Of a stretch of 64,000 nt of DNA, positions 1 to 9,212 are shown piece after piece (the stretch's first letter is position 1; every line of letters starts with the position of its first letter). This stretch comes from Fervidicoccaceae archaeon (GTDB taxonomy: Archaea > Thermoproteota > Thermoprotei_A > Sulfolobales > Fervidicoccaceae). The position numbers were made by a program, and so were the translations under genes. The notes under the pieces were generated by a model. It did no database searches. It had not been told where the DNA came from and worked only from the letters and a program-made list of their open reading frames with translations. The stretch is taken from the NCBI GenBank assembly GCA_038734945.1, contig JAVYOA010000001.1, forward strand, positions 124,001-188,000, written 5' to 3'.

Positions 1-1
1 T

Positions 2-160
2 ATAGATAGCAGAGTTGAAAGAGAAGTACAGGATGCTGTTAGGTTCGCTGAGGAGAGCCCGTATCCGAATCCTGAGGAGCTTTATGAGGATGTCTTCTCC
101 ACTCCAACGAGAGGGGTTCTTGTTTGGAAGTGGGGGTCTGAGGTGAGGTCGCATGGGTGA
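2..160 (+). CDS. acoA: C-terminal fragment of TPP-dependent acetoin/2-oxoacid dehydrogenase E1 alpha subunit (5' truncated by window edge)
   Basis: Frame 2 reads IDSRVEREVQDAVRFAEESPYPNPEELYEDVF, the typical E1-alpha C-terminus; overlaps the E1-beta start. Confidence 0.8.
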   Translation: MDSRVEREVQDAVRFAEESPYPNPEELYEDVFSTPTRGVLVWKWGSEVRSHG

Positions 161-1139
161 AAGAATCATAACGTTTGCTGAAGCGCTTAATGAAGCTCTG
201 GACATAATGATGGCGAAGGATGAAAAGGTCATTGTGATGGGAGAGGATGTTGGAGTATATGGAGGGGTTTTTGGGGTAACTAAGGGACTCATAGAGAAGT
301 ACGGACCAGAAAGAGTTAGAGACACACCAATAGCAGAGAGCGGGTTCATAGGCGCTGGCGTTGGAGCTGCTGCTATGGGCTACAGGCCGGTGGTTGAACT
401 CATGTTCATAGATTTCCTTGGAGTTGCCTTCGATCAGATTTACAACCAGGCAGCGAAGATTAGATACATGTTTGGAGGAAGGGCCAAGATACCGATGGTC
501 CTCAGAACCGTGGCAGGAGCGGGGTTCAGCGCTGCTGCACAGCACAGTCAGTCGCTGCATTCTATTTTCATCCACGTCCCAGGACTGAAGGTGGTCATGC
601 CGTCCACTCCCTATGATGCAAAGGGACTCCTAATTGCGAGTATAAAGGACGACGATCCAGTCATCTTCATTGAGCACAAGGGTCTCTATGGAACTAAGGG
701 GCCTGTACCAAAGGATGAGTATGAGGTCCCCCTGGGAGTGGCAGATGTTAAGAGAAGGGGGAAGGATGTAACAGTTGTTGCCACAGCAGCTATGGTCCAC
801 AAGTCCCTTGCAGTGGCTGAAAGGCTCTCGAGAGAGGGGATAGATGTTGAAGTCATAGATCCGAGGACATTGAAGCCTATCGATGCTGATATGATACTCA
901 GCTCAATTAGAAAGACTGGAAGGCTTGTTGTGGTTGATGAGGGCTATCCAAGGTGCAGCTTCGCTACAGATATAGCTGCTATGGCTGCCAGCATGGCCTT
1001 CAAGAGCCTCAGGGCTCCTGTAAAGCTGGTAACGCCCCCTGACACGCCTGTTCCCTTTAGCCCAGCCCTCGAGGAAAAGTGGATACCAAGCGAAGCGGAT
1101 ATAGAGAAGGCTATTAGGAGTACCATGGAGGATAAATGA
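153..1139 (+). CDS. acoB: Acetoin/2-oxoacid dehydrogenase E1 beta subunit
   Basis: GEDVGVYGGVFGVT, DTPIAESG, AAQHSQ and DPVIFIEHK motifs; acoX in the same operon. Confidence 0.9.
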   Translation: MGERIITFAEALNEALDIMMAKDEKVIVMGEDVGVYGGVFGVTKGLIEKYGPERVRDTPIAESGFIGAGVGAAAMGYRPVVELMFIDFLGVAFDQIYNQAAKIRYMFGGRAKIPMVLRTVAGAGFSAAAQHSQSLHSIFIHVPGLKVVMPSTPYDAKGLLIASIKDDDPVIFIEHKGLYGTKGPVPKDEYEVPLGVADVKRRGKDVTVVATAAMVHKSLAVAERLSREGIDVEVIDPRTLKPIDADMILSSIRKTGRLVVVDEGYPRCSFATDIAAMAASMAFKSLRAPVKLVTPPDTPVPFSPALEEKWIPSEADIEKAIRSTMEDK

Positions 1140-1140
1140 G

Positions 1141-1452
1141 ATGGGAGAAAGAATAAAGGCTGCTTTCATTTTCATTGCCCCAGGCGCCAAGAGCGATAGG
1201 GATAGCGCCTTTGTGAGGACCCCCGCTGTTGATCTTGAGGTCCACGGAGTTAGCAGCTACGAGGAGGCTGCAGCTCTGGCTAAAAAGCTAGTTGAAGATG
1301 GAGTTTCTGTAATCGAGCTTTGTGGCGGGTTTGGAAACAGAGGAGTAGCTATTGTATCAGAGGCTGTGGCAGGGAAGGCTAAGGTTGGAGCAGTCAGATT
1401 CGATGTTCATCCAGCTCTGGGTGGACGCAGTGGGGATGAACTGTTCAAATAA
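1141..1452 (+). CDS. DUF6506-like protein
   Basis: AAFIF N-terminus, IELCGGFG motif, VRFDxHP. Confidence 0.7.
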   Translation: MGERIKAAFIFIAPGAKSDRDSAFVRTPAVDLEVHGVSSYEEAAALAKKLVEDGVSVIELCGGFGNRGVAIVSEAVAGKAKVGAVRFDVHPALGGRSGDELFK

Positions 1453-1491
1453 TTTTTTTCAATAAATATTCTGAGTGGGGAGTGAGATTTA

Positions 1492-1734
1492 ATGGTTGAA
1501 ATTAATGTGGTCATGCCCAAGCTTGGTTTAACCATGAGGAGCGGAACAATAGTGGAGTGGCTGAAGAAGGAGGGGGATATGGTCAGGAAGGATGAGGCGC
1601 TGGCAACAATTGAGACTGGAAAGATTAGTGGAGAGATAAGATCCCCAGATGATGGAGTGCTGAAGAAGATCTTGAGGAAGAGCGGGGAGGAAGTTCCTGT
1701 GGGAGAGATAGTAGCAGTAATTGAGAAGGAGTGA
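1492..1734 (+). CDS. Stand-alone lipoyl-carrier domain (N-terminal part of a split E2)
   Basis: MPKLGLTM...WLKKEGD...IETGKISGEI...VPVG lipoyl-domain pattern. Confidence 0.85.
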   Translation: MVEINVVMPKLGLTMRSGTIVEWLKKEGDMVRKDEALATIETGKISGEIRSPDDGVLKKILRKSGEEVPVGEIVAVIEKE

Positions 1735-1740
1735 AGAGCA

Positions 1741-2565
1741 ATGAATCAAGACGAGGAAGCTCTGAAATTTATGATGGAGCAGTATGATATTAAGGAGGAA
1801 GATGTTAGGAAAAGATTTGGAAAGTTTGATAGAGAAAGTGTAGAGAGATACATTGAAGAAGTGTTCCTACCAAAGATCAGGGAGAAAAGGAAGATAATAG
1901 GAATTAGGAAGACAATTGCTGATAATCTCTACAGAAGCTACAGCCAGGCTGTTCATGTGACGCTGAACATGGAAGTTAGCATGGAGAGGCTTCTGGCAAG
2001 GAGGGAGGAGCTGGCAAGGAGCCTGGAGAAACCTCCCTCGCTTACAGTTATGATAGGAAAGGCTGCTTCAGCTGCACTAAAGGAATTTCCAACCTTCAAT
2101 GCCACATTTGATGGAAAGGAGATTGCCATATATGATGATGTGAACATTGCCTTTGCAGTTGATTCTCCCTTTGGTCTGTTCACTCCAGTCATTAGAGGAG
2201 TTGAGAGAAGGAGCATTGATGAGTTGAGCAGGGAGTTCGAGGACGCAGCAGAGAGGGCCAGAAGGGGGATGCTGAAGGAGAAGGATTTCGTGGGTGGGAC
2301 GTTTACAATAACCAATCTGGGAATGTTTGGTGTGTTCACATTCAATCCAATAATAAATCCTCCACAGGTGGCAATACTTGGAGTGAACACTGTATTCGAG
2401 AAGCCTGTGAGGGGAGAGAAGAATGAGATTGAGTGGAGGAAGAGCAGCTTCCTATCCCTCACATTCGATCACAGGATAAATGATGGGGCTCCTGCTGCGA
2501 GGTTTCTTGATAGGATAAAGCACTATATTGAAAATCCCGATGAGGTGAGGTGGAGCGGAGAGTAG
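1741..2565 (+). CDS. acoC: Dihydrolipoamide acyltransferase E2 catalytic domain (no lipoyl domain)
   Basis: GGTFTITNLG, PIINPPQVAILG, catalytic DHRINDG. Confidence 0.88.
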   Translation: MNQDEEALKFMMEQYDIKEEDVRKRFGKFDRESVERYIEEVFLPKIREKRKIIGIRKTIADNLYRSYSQAVHVTLNMEVSMERLLARREELARSLEKPPSLTVMIGKAASAALKEFPTFNATFDGKEIAIYDDVNIAFAVDSPFGLFTPVIRGVERRSIDELSREFEDAAERARRGMLKEKDFVGGTFTITNLGMFGVFTFNPIINPPQVAILGVNTVFEKPVRGEKNEIEWRKSSFLSLTFDHRINDGAPAARFLDRIKHYIENPDEVRWSGE

Positions 2566-2581
2566 AGGGTATAGGAGGCTC

Positions 2582-2920
2582 TTGGTAGAGGTAGGGATGG
2601 GTGTAGATCAGCACGGTCAGGATCCTACCAAAGCTGCAGTTAAGGCAATAAAGGATGCAATGTCCAGGGTATGCATACCATATCTGGTGAGCGAGGGAAA
2701 GCTTAGGGATTTTGCTGTAGAAGTTGAAGTGGGGGTTCCCCGAAGCAAGGAAGTGAGATTGAAGGATCTGGAGGATGCCATACAAATAGGAAAGTTAAGA
2801 TCACTGAAGGTTGTTGAAGGTGGGCTGAGCACAGCATGTGTTGAAATGAAAGAGCTTGGAGATAGGAGCAGTGAGATGATAATCGCTGTTGCCTCAATCA
2901 CAGTGCTGGTGAGGGAATGA
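2582..2920 (+). CDS. Lin0512 family protein (start uncertain)
   Basis: EVGMGVDQHGQDPTKAAVKAIKDA signature. Confidence 0.8.
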   Translation: MVEVGMGVDQHGQDPTKAAVKAIKDAMSRVCIPYLVSEGKLRDFAVEVEVGVPRSKEVRLKDLEDAIQIGKLRSLKVVEGGLSTACVEMKELGDRSSEMIIAVASITVLVRE

Positions 2921-3936
2921 GCTTGGCAAAGCCTGTGGGCCTGATCGCGAATCCAGCTTCTGGTAGAGATATAAGGAGATTGGTTGCGCATGCCAGCGTG
3001 ATAGATAACGTTGAGAAGGCAAACATTGTTCGGAGAATAATTGCTGTGCTTGATTTTTTAGGTGTGGAGGAAATGGTAGTTATGCCTGAAACATTTGGAA
3101 TTACTGAGAGAGCTCTGAGCCTCCTTCCACAGAAGCCCAAAATGAAGGTGAATTTTCTTGATATGAGGGTCAATGGGGATTGGACAGATACGTTTAGAGC
3201 ATCGGAAATGATGAGGGGGAATGTGGGAGCAGTCATAAGCATAGGTGGTGATGGAACCAATAGGATCATTGCAAAAGCTGGACTGGATGCTCCACTAATG
3301 CCAATATCCACGGGAACAAACAACGTCTTTCCGTATATGATTGAAGCAACTATAGCTGCTCTAGCAGTGGGCTCTGTTGCACTTGGAGCTGCTGATCCTG
3401 CCAGGGTAACTTTCAGATCAAAGAGAGTTGAGCTGCTGATCGATGGAGAGCTTCGGGATATTGCTCTAGTAGAGATCAGTGCAACAACACATCAGTTCAT
3501 AGGATCCAAGGCTATCTGGAGGCCGGACTTCGTAAGAGAGATCGTTGCCTCTGTTTGTGCTCCTTACAACATAGGGCTTAGCTCAATACCTGGAGCTTTC
3601 TATGAGATAGGCCAGATGGATGAGGGGGGAGCATATGTGCTCATTGGAGATGAGGGGGATAGAGCTGTCTCTCCAATTGCTCCAGGCGTTCTCAGAGAGA
3701 TCAAAGTGAAGGAGAGGAAAAGGCTGAGCAATGAGGAGCTCGTTGAAATTAGAACTTCCCCCAGCGTCATAGCGCTGGATGGAGAGAGGGAGATCATTGT
3801 TAGAGGAGAGGAAAGGGTCAGGGCTAAGATTACAAGAAATGGAGCAAGAGTCATAGATTACAGGAAGGCGATAATGGAGGGCTTTGCTGGAGGGCTTCTC
3901 TCTTCCTCCTTTCATTCTTCTCTCCAGGACAAGTAG
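2917..3936 (+). CDS. acoX: AcoX / ATP-NAD kinase-like acetoin catabolism protein
   Basis: GLIANPASGRDIRRLVA, GGDGT, STGTNNVFP, ALDGERE. Confidence 0.85.
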   Translation: MSLAKPVGLIANPASGRDIRRLVAHASVIDNVEKANIVRRIIAVLDFLGVEEMVVMPETFGITERALSLLPQKPKMKVNFLDMRVNGDWTDTFRASEMMRGNVGAVISIGGDGTNRIIAKAGLDAPLMPISTGTNNVFPYMIEATIAALAVGSVALGAADPARVTFRSKRVELLIDGELRDIALVEISATTHQFIGSKAIWRPDFVREIVASVCAPYNIGLSSIPGAFYEIGQMDEGGAYVLIGDEGDRAVSPIAPGVLREIKVKERKRLSNEELVEIRTSPSVIALDGEREIIVRGEERVRAKITRNGARVIDYRKAIMEGFAGGLLSSSFHSSLQDK

Positions 3937-3966
3937 TTTTTTTCTGCCGCTTTATCAGCTTGTTTC

Positions 3967-4584
3967 TCAAAAATTATTTTGAATGTGGGAAATGCCGGGA
4001 CTCGCTCCCGATGAATAGACCTCCAGGTAAACCAATGCTGCCATTAGGGTCATAGTGATGATGGCAGGAAATATTGAGAGAAACGGCGTCAAGAGATGAT
4101 ATGCTGGTCCACTATTTACAATGGCTGGGGGAATTGTGAGAGCTCCAGCCGAGGATACCCCTCCTAGGCTCTGCGGTATTTCTCTAATTGCCTCGCCAAC
4201 GAGAACTACTCTGGAGAGGAAAACGAGCGCTGAAAGCGAGGGATATGCTAGAGAAACAGCAAACGACGCCCTGGCCAAGTTTCGATTCAAGCTGGATCTG
4301 AAAACAGATGCAAGTAAGTAAATACCAATGATAATGGAGATGAGAGAGAAGACCAAAAGGGGATAAGAGAGCTCAGAGGCTCTGTCCAGAGCATCAATTG
4401 ATAGAGGATCTCCAAATATAAACAGGCTGTAGCCTGCAAGGGCAATTCTCCCCTCAATTGAGCCCTCAAATTGGTAAATAGGGAGAACAAGAGAAAGTGC
4501 TGTTAGGGTGCCGTAGATCAGTTGAGATGATCCTGCCAGCAGCCTAAGCAGCCTAGGAATTCTTAGTGAACTCTGCAATTCCAA
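3967..4584 (-). CDS. Multi-pass membrane protein, last gene of the putative filament operon
   Basis: About 4 hydrophobic segments; overlaps the 3' end of the signal peptidase gene. Confidence 0.7.
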   Translation of the reverse strand: MELQSSLRIPRLLRLLAGSSQLIYGTLTALSLVLPIYQFEGSIEGRIALAGYSLFIFGDPLSIDALDRASELSYPLLVFSLISIIIGIYLLASVFRSSLNRNLARASFAVSLAYPSLSALVFLSRVVLVGEAIREIPQSLGGVSSAGALTIPPAIVNSGPAYHLLTPFLSIFPAIITMTLMAALVYLEVYSSGASPGISHIQNNF

Positions 4585-5677
4585 CCCACCTGTTTGTTCT
4601 GTTCATAAATTCATAGAATACTTCTACGTATGCATAGTCATATTGACTTGGAAATTCTATCTTAAGGCTTCCAGCAGGAGGAACAAGTGTCTGGTTGAGA
4701 AGGCTCATGCTTTTCTCTATCCTTGGGGAACCATAATATGAGGTTGCATTAACATAGTATATGGTGGAATTTATTATGCTGAGGGGGACAGGATTTGGAT
4801 TCTGGATCAGTAGACTTGCATTCTCAATTTCAAGTTCTGGCTCCTGCCATGATATGACCAGGGGATAAGAGCCTGTTAGCTTTCCCTTATCAAGATTAAG
4901 GGACAAGTTCAGCTGATAGTATGTTGATTGATTTTCATATAGAGCCTGCAGAAGATCGGCAGGCATGGGTGCAATGAGAGTGGTCCCGTTAAGGATTGAT
5001 GCGCTGCATGGGAAGGATGTGGATTGTAAAACAAAAGAGCAGGAATCCACGCTTTCAATTGATAGATCTCTGAGATTGTAATTCAAAACAACAAGGGTCT
5101 TGTTCTCAGATAAACCAATAGAGCTCAGAGTTATGCTTGGAAGCTGAATTTCGGCTGCCTTTCCTGGAGCTTGAATAACTGTGAATAGAAATGAGAGCAC
5201 TAGAACCAGGAGAACAAGCGTGAAGACAAATGCCTCTAGAGAGAATGGCGAGAGAAGAGATTCTTCGAATTTTCGAATGTCTATGTAGGAGAATATGGAG
5301 AGGATGAAGAGGGAGGATATCCATAGCCAGGCTGGAACAGATAAAAGAAGCTTGTACCTCACGCTCTCTCTTTTTACTGGAGGATCTGGTATTGGGTTGA
5401 AGTCCCCCTTTGTTGTTACAATACCATCGCTCACATTCAGGACTCTGTGTATTGTGCAGTGAAACGGATCGCTACAATATATTACTATGTCTCCAGGAGA
5501 GTAGCTGCTGATGGAGGTTGAGATTGAGAGCGCGAGGTCCCCTGGTTTCAAAGTGGGGTACATCGAGAATCCCCAAACGATGTTTATTGATGCTGGAAAA
5601 GAAAAGAGCCTGGAGCCTATAGCAAGGAGGAAAATGAGGATGGCTGCTGCTGTGTACAGAAAACTGCTAGATTTCAA
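4553..5677 (-). CDS. Signal peptidase I (S26, SipW/Sec11-like Ser-His type) with long C-terminal extension
   Basis: SMYPTLKPGDL, GDIVIY, TIHRV, TKGDFNPIPD; then two TM helices and a ~200-aa polar domain. Confidence 0.85.
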   Translation of the reverse strand: MKSSSFLYTAAAILIFLLAIGSRLFSFPASINIVWGFSMYPTLKPGDLALSISTSISSYSPGDIVIYCSDPFHCTIHRVLNVSDGIVTTKGDFNPIPDPPVKRESVRYKLLLSVPAWLWISSLFILSIFSYIDIRKFEESLLSPFSLEAFVFTLVLLVLVLSFLFTVIQAPGKAAEIQLPSITLSSIGLSENKTLVVLNYNLRDLSIESVDSCSFVLQSTSFPCSASILNGTTLIAPMPADLLQALYENQSTYYQLNLSLNLDKGKLTGSYPLVISWQEPELEIENASLLIQNPNPVPLSIINSTIYYVNATSYYGSPRIEKSMSLLNQTLVPPAGSLKIEFPSQYDYAYVEVFYEFMNRTNRWVGIAEFTKNS

Positions 5678-5678
5678 T

Positions 5679-7130
5679 TCAGGAGATCACCTGAACTGTT
5701 ATTGGATAGTAGACACAAGCCCCCTGCCCACCAGAAATCGTGCAATATATTAAGTTCAAATTCAGAGAGGATGTGCCGGAGCCGGAGGAGCTTATGCTTG
5801 CTATTATGGCATTTCCTGAGCCAGGAAGCAGGGAAATCTCAGACGTAGAATAGGAACCTGGAATTCCCGAAGAGAACGTTATCGATGTCGAGCTCGCTCC
5901 ACCTTGAGAAAGGAGATAGATTGAGCCGGAGTGATTTGATGAGAGAGAGTATGAGGATAGGGAAAGCGATGCATAGTACTGCACTGTGTCCAACACGGTT
6001 ATGTTCAATATGGATTTCGATGAGAGGCTATTTATGTAAAAAGTGTAGATATATATTGAGGCAGATGTGTTTGCCTGTGCTATATTTACTATTAGAGTTG
6101 CTCCAACAACTGAATATGAGTCTCCTCCGAGGATGGCGCTGGTGGTGGGAGCTGTGTACTGAGCAAGCAGCAGTCCTCCCTGAGAGCTGTATATTGAGAT
6201 GCTGCCGCCGCTTCCAGTACCGACCACAAAATCTGAGACTACACTTAGAGAAAGCTGACTGCTGCTCGCTGTTCCAGAGGATACCAGGTTTCCAAGGCTA
6301 TCTCTTATTTCCACGTACATTCCAGAGGAAAGATTTTGTATGGTAATAGTCCTTGGATCTACTGTTGAAATGATGAATTCGTCGAAATATGCAGAAACAT
6401 CATCTACGGACACTCCTATGTAGGCTGGGGTGAACACGTTGGTGCTGGTTATGGTTGCTGAAGCTGAGGTAACATAGTTTCCGCTGGCATCGTAGAGGTA
6501 TGCCGTTATGCTGATGGTACTCCCGGAGACCGAGTAGTTTACCACAATAGTGTACCAGGCGGCTTGACTATAGCCAGGTATAGCAACACTAGCGTGATTG
6601 CTCCATCCATTGTTTACCACCACGTTGTAGCTCCATATCTGGAGGTACCCGGCTGTGGATCCTGTAGTGTATATCTCTACCGTGTACATTCTATTTATTC
6701 TTGAGTTCATCATGGGGATGCCGTACCATCCAGTTCCCGAAACCCATCTTGTCTTCAATGCTATCCAGTAGCTATTGCCTGATACTTGTGTGTTGTAGTA
6801 GTACTGAGATTCACTTCCAAGACCTCTGTTGTTGTCAGTTCCCTGCAGGACGTTTCCCTTAGCTCCCGCCACATTACTAACTAGAGTCCATGTGCCCCCA
6901 TCACTATTCCATCCTGAAAGAGGATATGTTTCAAAGTCTGTATATGTTATTGCTCCCCTAGATGTTAGCTGAATGCTTGCATATGTTTGGGGGGGCTGGG
7001 TGAATATGACTGGGGGTCTGGAAGGCGAGGATGATGCTGAGAGCTTATAGAAAACGAACACAGAAGCAAGAGCTACTGAGAAGAGAAGAAGAGAGATCGA
7101 AAAAAGAATAAATAGTTTGCTTTTTGCAAT
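5679..7130 (-). CDS. Secreted Ser/Thr-rich filament-associated/adhesin protein (TasA/bundling-pilus-like N-terminus plus lectin-like insert); start probably upstream of 7061
   Basis: In-frame hydrophobic leader IAKSKLFILFSISLLLFSVALA precedes SVFVFY...PPVIF, which parallels the neighbouring 192-aa gene. Confidence 0.7.
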   Translation of the reverse strand: MAKSKLFILFSISLLLFSVALASVFVFYKLSASSSPSRPPVIFTQPPQTYASIQLTSRGAITYTDFETYPLSGWNSDGGTWTLVSNVAGAKGNVLQGTDNNRGLGSESQYYYNTQVSGNSYWIALKTRWVSGTGWYGIPMMNSRINRMYTVEIYTTGSTAGYLQIWSYNVVVNNGWSNHASVAIPGYSQAAWYTIVVNYSVSGSTISITAYLYDASGNYVTSASATITSTNVFTPAYIGVSVDDVSAYFDEFIISTVDPRTITIQNLSSGMYVEIRDSLGNLVSSGTASSSQLSLSVVSDFVVGTGSGGSISIYSSQGGLLLAQYTAPTTSAILGGDSYSVVGATLIVNIAQANTSASIYIYTFYINSLSSKSILNITVLDTVQYYASLSLSSYSLSSNHSGSIYLLSQGGASSTSITFSSGIPGSYSTSEISLLPGSGNAIIASISSSGSGTSSLNLNLIYCTISGGQGACVYYPITVQVIS

Positions 7131-7143
7131 GGCTCATTTCACC

Positions 7144-7722
7144 TCAAGGCGCTGTTTCGCTGTTCGTTGTGCTGTAGATCAGCTGAAGGCTGGCAGTGAA
7201 TCCGCTTCCAGGGCTAGTGCTGTAGGATGAGCCTGTGCCTGCAGAGTAAGTCACTTGAAGATCCAGTGAGAGAGAGCTACTACCACTAATAGAGTACCAA
7301 CTACTGGTTCCAGTTTGCATTAGATTGATTGTAGCGACGGTTGTTGAGCCGCTCCTGATTATTAGAGAGGCGCTCTGCAAGTTTGTATCGGTAGCAGCAC
7401 TGTTCACTCTTACAGCGAAGTAATATGCCTGGGTATCCTGATTGTTGATGTTGGCGATGTTCTTATAGTAGTTGGTCTGGTAGGTAGGATGCACATTTAT
7501 TGAAAGTGAAGTGTTGGCATCCGATATGGTTACTGCTATCTTGTTGCCACTTCCATAGAACAGATCGTTCTGATTAGCATTGCTCCCCAAAGAGAAGTAG
7601 ATCGGTGGTTTTGTTGGTGTTGCTGCTGCTGTTACAGGATAGTAGACGAAGACGCTGGCAAATATCGCTGTCGCTGCCAACGATGCTACCACTAAAAATA
7701 CTAGGGGTGTTACGTTCTTCAT
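7144..7722 (-). CDS. Secreted beta-rich protein, candidate major filament subunit (AbpA/TasA-like)
   Basis: Signal peptide ending AIFA, then SVFVYYPVTAAATPTKPPIYFSLGSN; first gene of an operon with a dedicated signal peptidase. Confidence 0.65.
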   Translation of the reverse strand: MKNVTPLVFLVVASLAATAIFASVFVYYPVTAAATPTKPPIYFSLGSNANQNDLFYGSGNKIAVTISDANTSLSINVHPTYQTNYYKNIANINNQDTQAYYFAVRVNSAATDTNLQSASLIIRSGSTTVATINLMQTGTSSWYSISGSSSLSLDLQVTYSAGTGSSYSTSPGSGFTASLQLIYSTTNSETAP

Positions 7723-7818
7723 ATTATCAAATCATCTCCTTTTTAAATCTAAACAATTTTTAGGGTTTAAAAAGACTGAGGTGATTGATTACAATTGTTT
7801 TTTTATATTCCATTTTTC

Positions 7819-9036
7819 TCATAATGCCATTGTCACTTCCTTCAGCCTCTCTCTGAATTTCCCGTAGCTTAGCTCCTTTACCCTCTCCACAGATGCCCTT
7901 GAAAGCCTTCTCCACTCCCCCTCATTGTTCATGAGCCTGAGAACAGCATCTGCTGCCTCATCCCCATCCATATATCCAAGGGCATTTCTCCCATCCTCAG
8001 CCAGATCGCTCCATGCACCTCCAGATCTGTGAATCACTGCTGGAATTCCCCTGGCCATTGCCTCTGCAACAGCAATTCCCCAGTGCTCGTTTACTGTTGC
8101 ATGCATGAATACCCTGGATCTGTCCATGATTTTAAGCTTGAGCTCGCTTGGAGCATTGAGCAAGAGGCATATGCTCTCACTGCATTCTTCCTTTTCAGAG
8201 ATCTTGATCCCCATGCTCCCAGCTAGCTTCATCAGCCTACTCACATATGCTCTGGAATGGGGGGTGGAGGAGGACCCAATTATGTATAGCCTTATCTCAG
8301 GATCCTCCCTGAGGAGCCTCGGCAATACCTCCTCTATGACCCAGTGATACCTCTTCTCCTCGCTGTACCTCCCAATCATGACCACGCTCTTCTCCCTCTC
8401 CTCAAAGTCCCTTGGCCTCTCAACTATCTCCATCGATGGCGGGATTGGGGGGTTCAATACAGTGGGCTTCTCCCCATACACCTCCCTCACAATGTTTCCA
8501 GTCCACCTCGAATTGACGAGAACCAAAGATGCTGATTCGAATGGGTTCCTTCTGGCAAATATGGGAGATATCTTTGTGAAGAGTTTCCAGTATAAGTAGT
8601 AGAAGCTCTTTGAATATTTTTCTCCAATATATGGATCCATTTCCTCCTGAAGCTCTGAAGCTCTCTGTGTGTTGCTGAAGTATATTTCCAGTGGGAAGTG
8701 TATGTACTCAATAATCTTGCTTCCATTTTTCTTATAAAATGGAGAGTCTGTGAGAACTATCTCATCTCCCTTTTCATGCATGAGCAGGAGGGGGAAAAGC
8801 AAGAGCCTTGAGTATAAGGCAAATCCCTTGAGCTCCAGCTTAGGACCGAGCACTGGTATGCTGCTGAGATCTATGCCAAAGAACTCTTTGTACTTCCTCT
8901 TGTCCACATTGTTTGGGGAGAGGATGGAGGTGCGGATGCCGAGCTCATAGAGGGCTTGTGCTGCGGAAGCCATAGTCAGTTCGGCACCGCCTGGCTCATT
9001 CCAGAAGTGATGAGCTACTAGAGCCTCCTTCTCCAT
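7819..9036 (-). CDS. Glycosyltransferase family 4 (ALG11-like)
   Basis: PGGAE, YIHFP, NSRWT, GRYSEEKR, EHWGIAVAEAMARG. Confidence 0.88.
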   Translation of the reverse strand: MEKEALVAHHFWNEPGGAELTMASAAQALYELGIRTSILSPNNVDKRKYKEFFGIDLSSIPVLGPKLELKGFALYSRLLLFPLLLMHEKGDEIVLTDSPFYKKNGSKIIEYIHFPLEIYFSNTQRASELQEEMDPYIGEKYSKSFYYLYWKLFTKISPIFARRNPFESASLVLVNSRWTGNIVREVYGEKPTVLNPPIPPSMEIVERPRDFEEREKSVVMIGRYSEEKRYHWVIEEVLPRLLREDPEIRLYIIGSSSTPHSRAYVSRLMKLAGSMGIKISEKEECSESICLLLNAPSELKLKIMDRSRVFMHATVNEHWGIAVAEAMARGIPAVIHRSGGAWSDLAEDGRNALGYMDGDEAADAVLRLMNNEGEWRRLSRASVERVKELSYGKFRERLKEVTMAL

Positions 9037-9212
9037 CCTCCTCCCCGAGAGGGATCTTTATGCCCAGGTATCTCATATGAACAATCCCGGTAATCATTCG
9101 GGATTGAGGCGGGACAACAGGTTTATTTTTCTAAACAATTACTCAGAGGAATCAGGTGTGGGGTTCATTGAGAAATACAAGCAGGGGGAAAATAGAGGAT
9201 CTTCTGTTTGGA

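Noticed and set aside
9082..9106. Hairpin CAATCCCG-N9-CGGGATTG in a divergent promoter region
   Set aside because: A single 8-bp stem with no other support; cannot be told from chance
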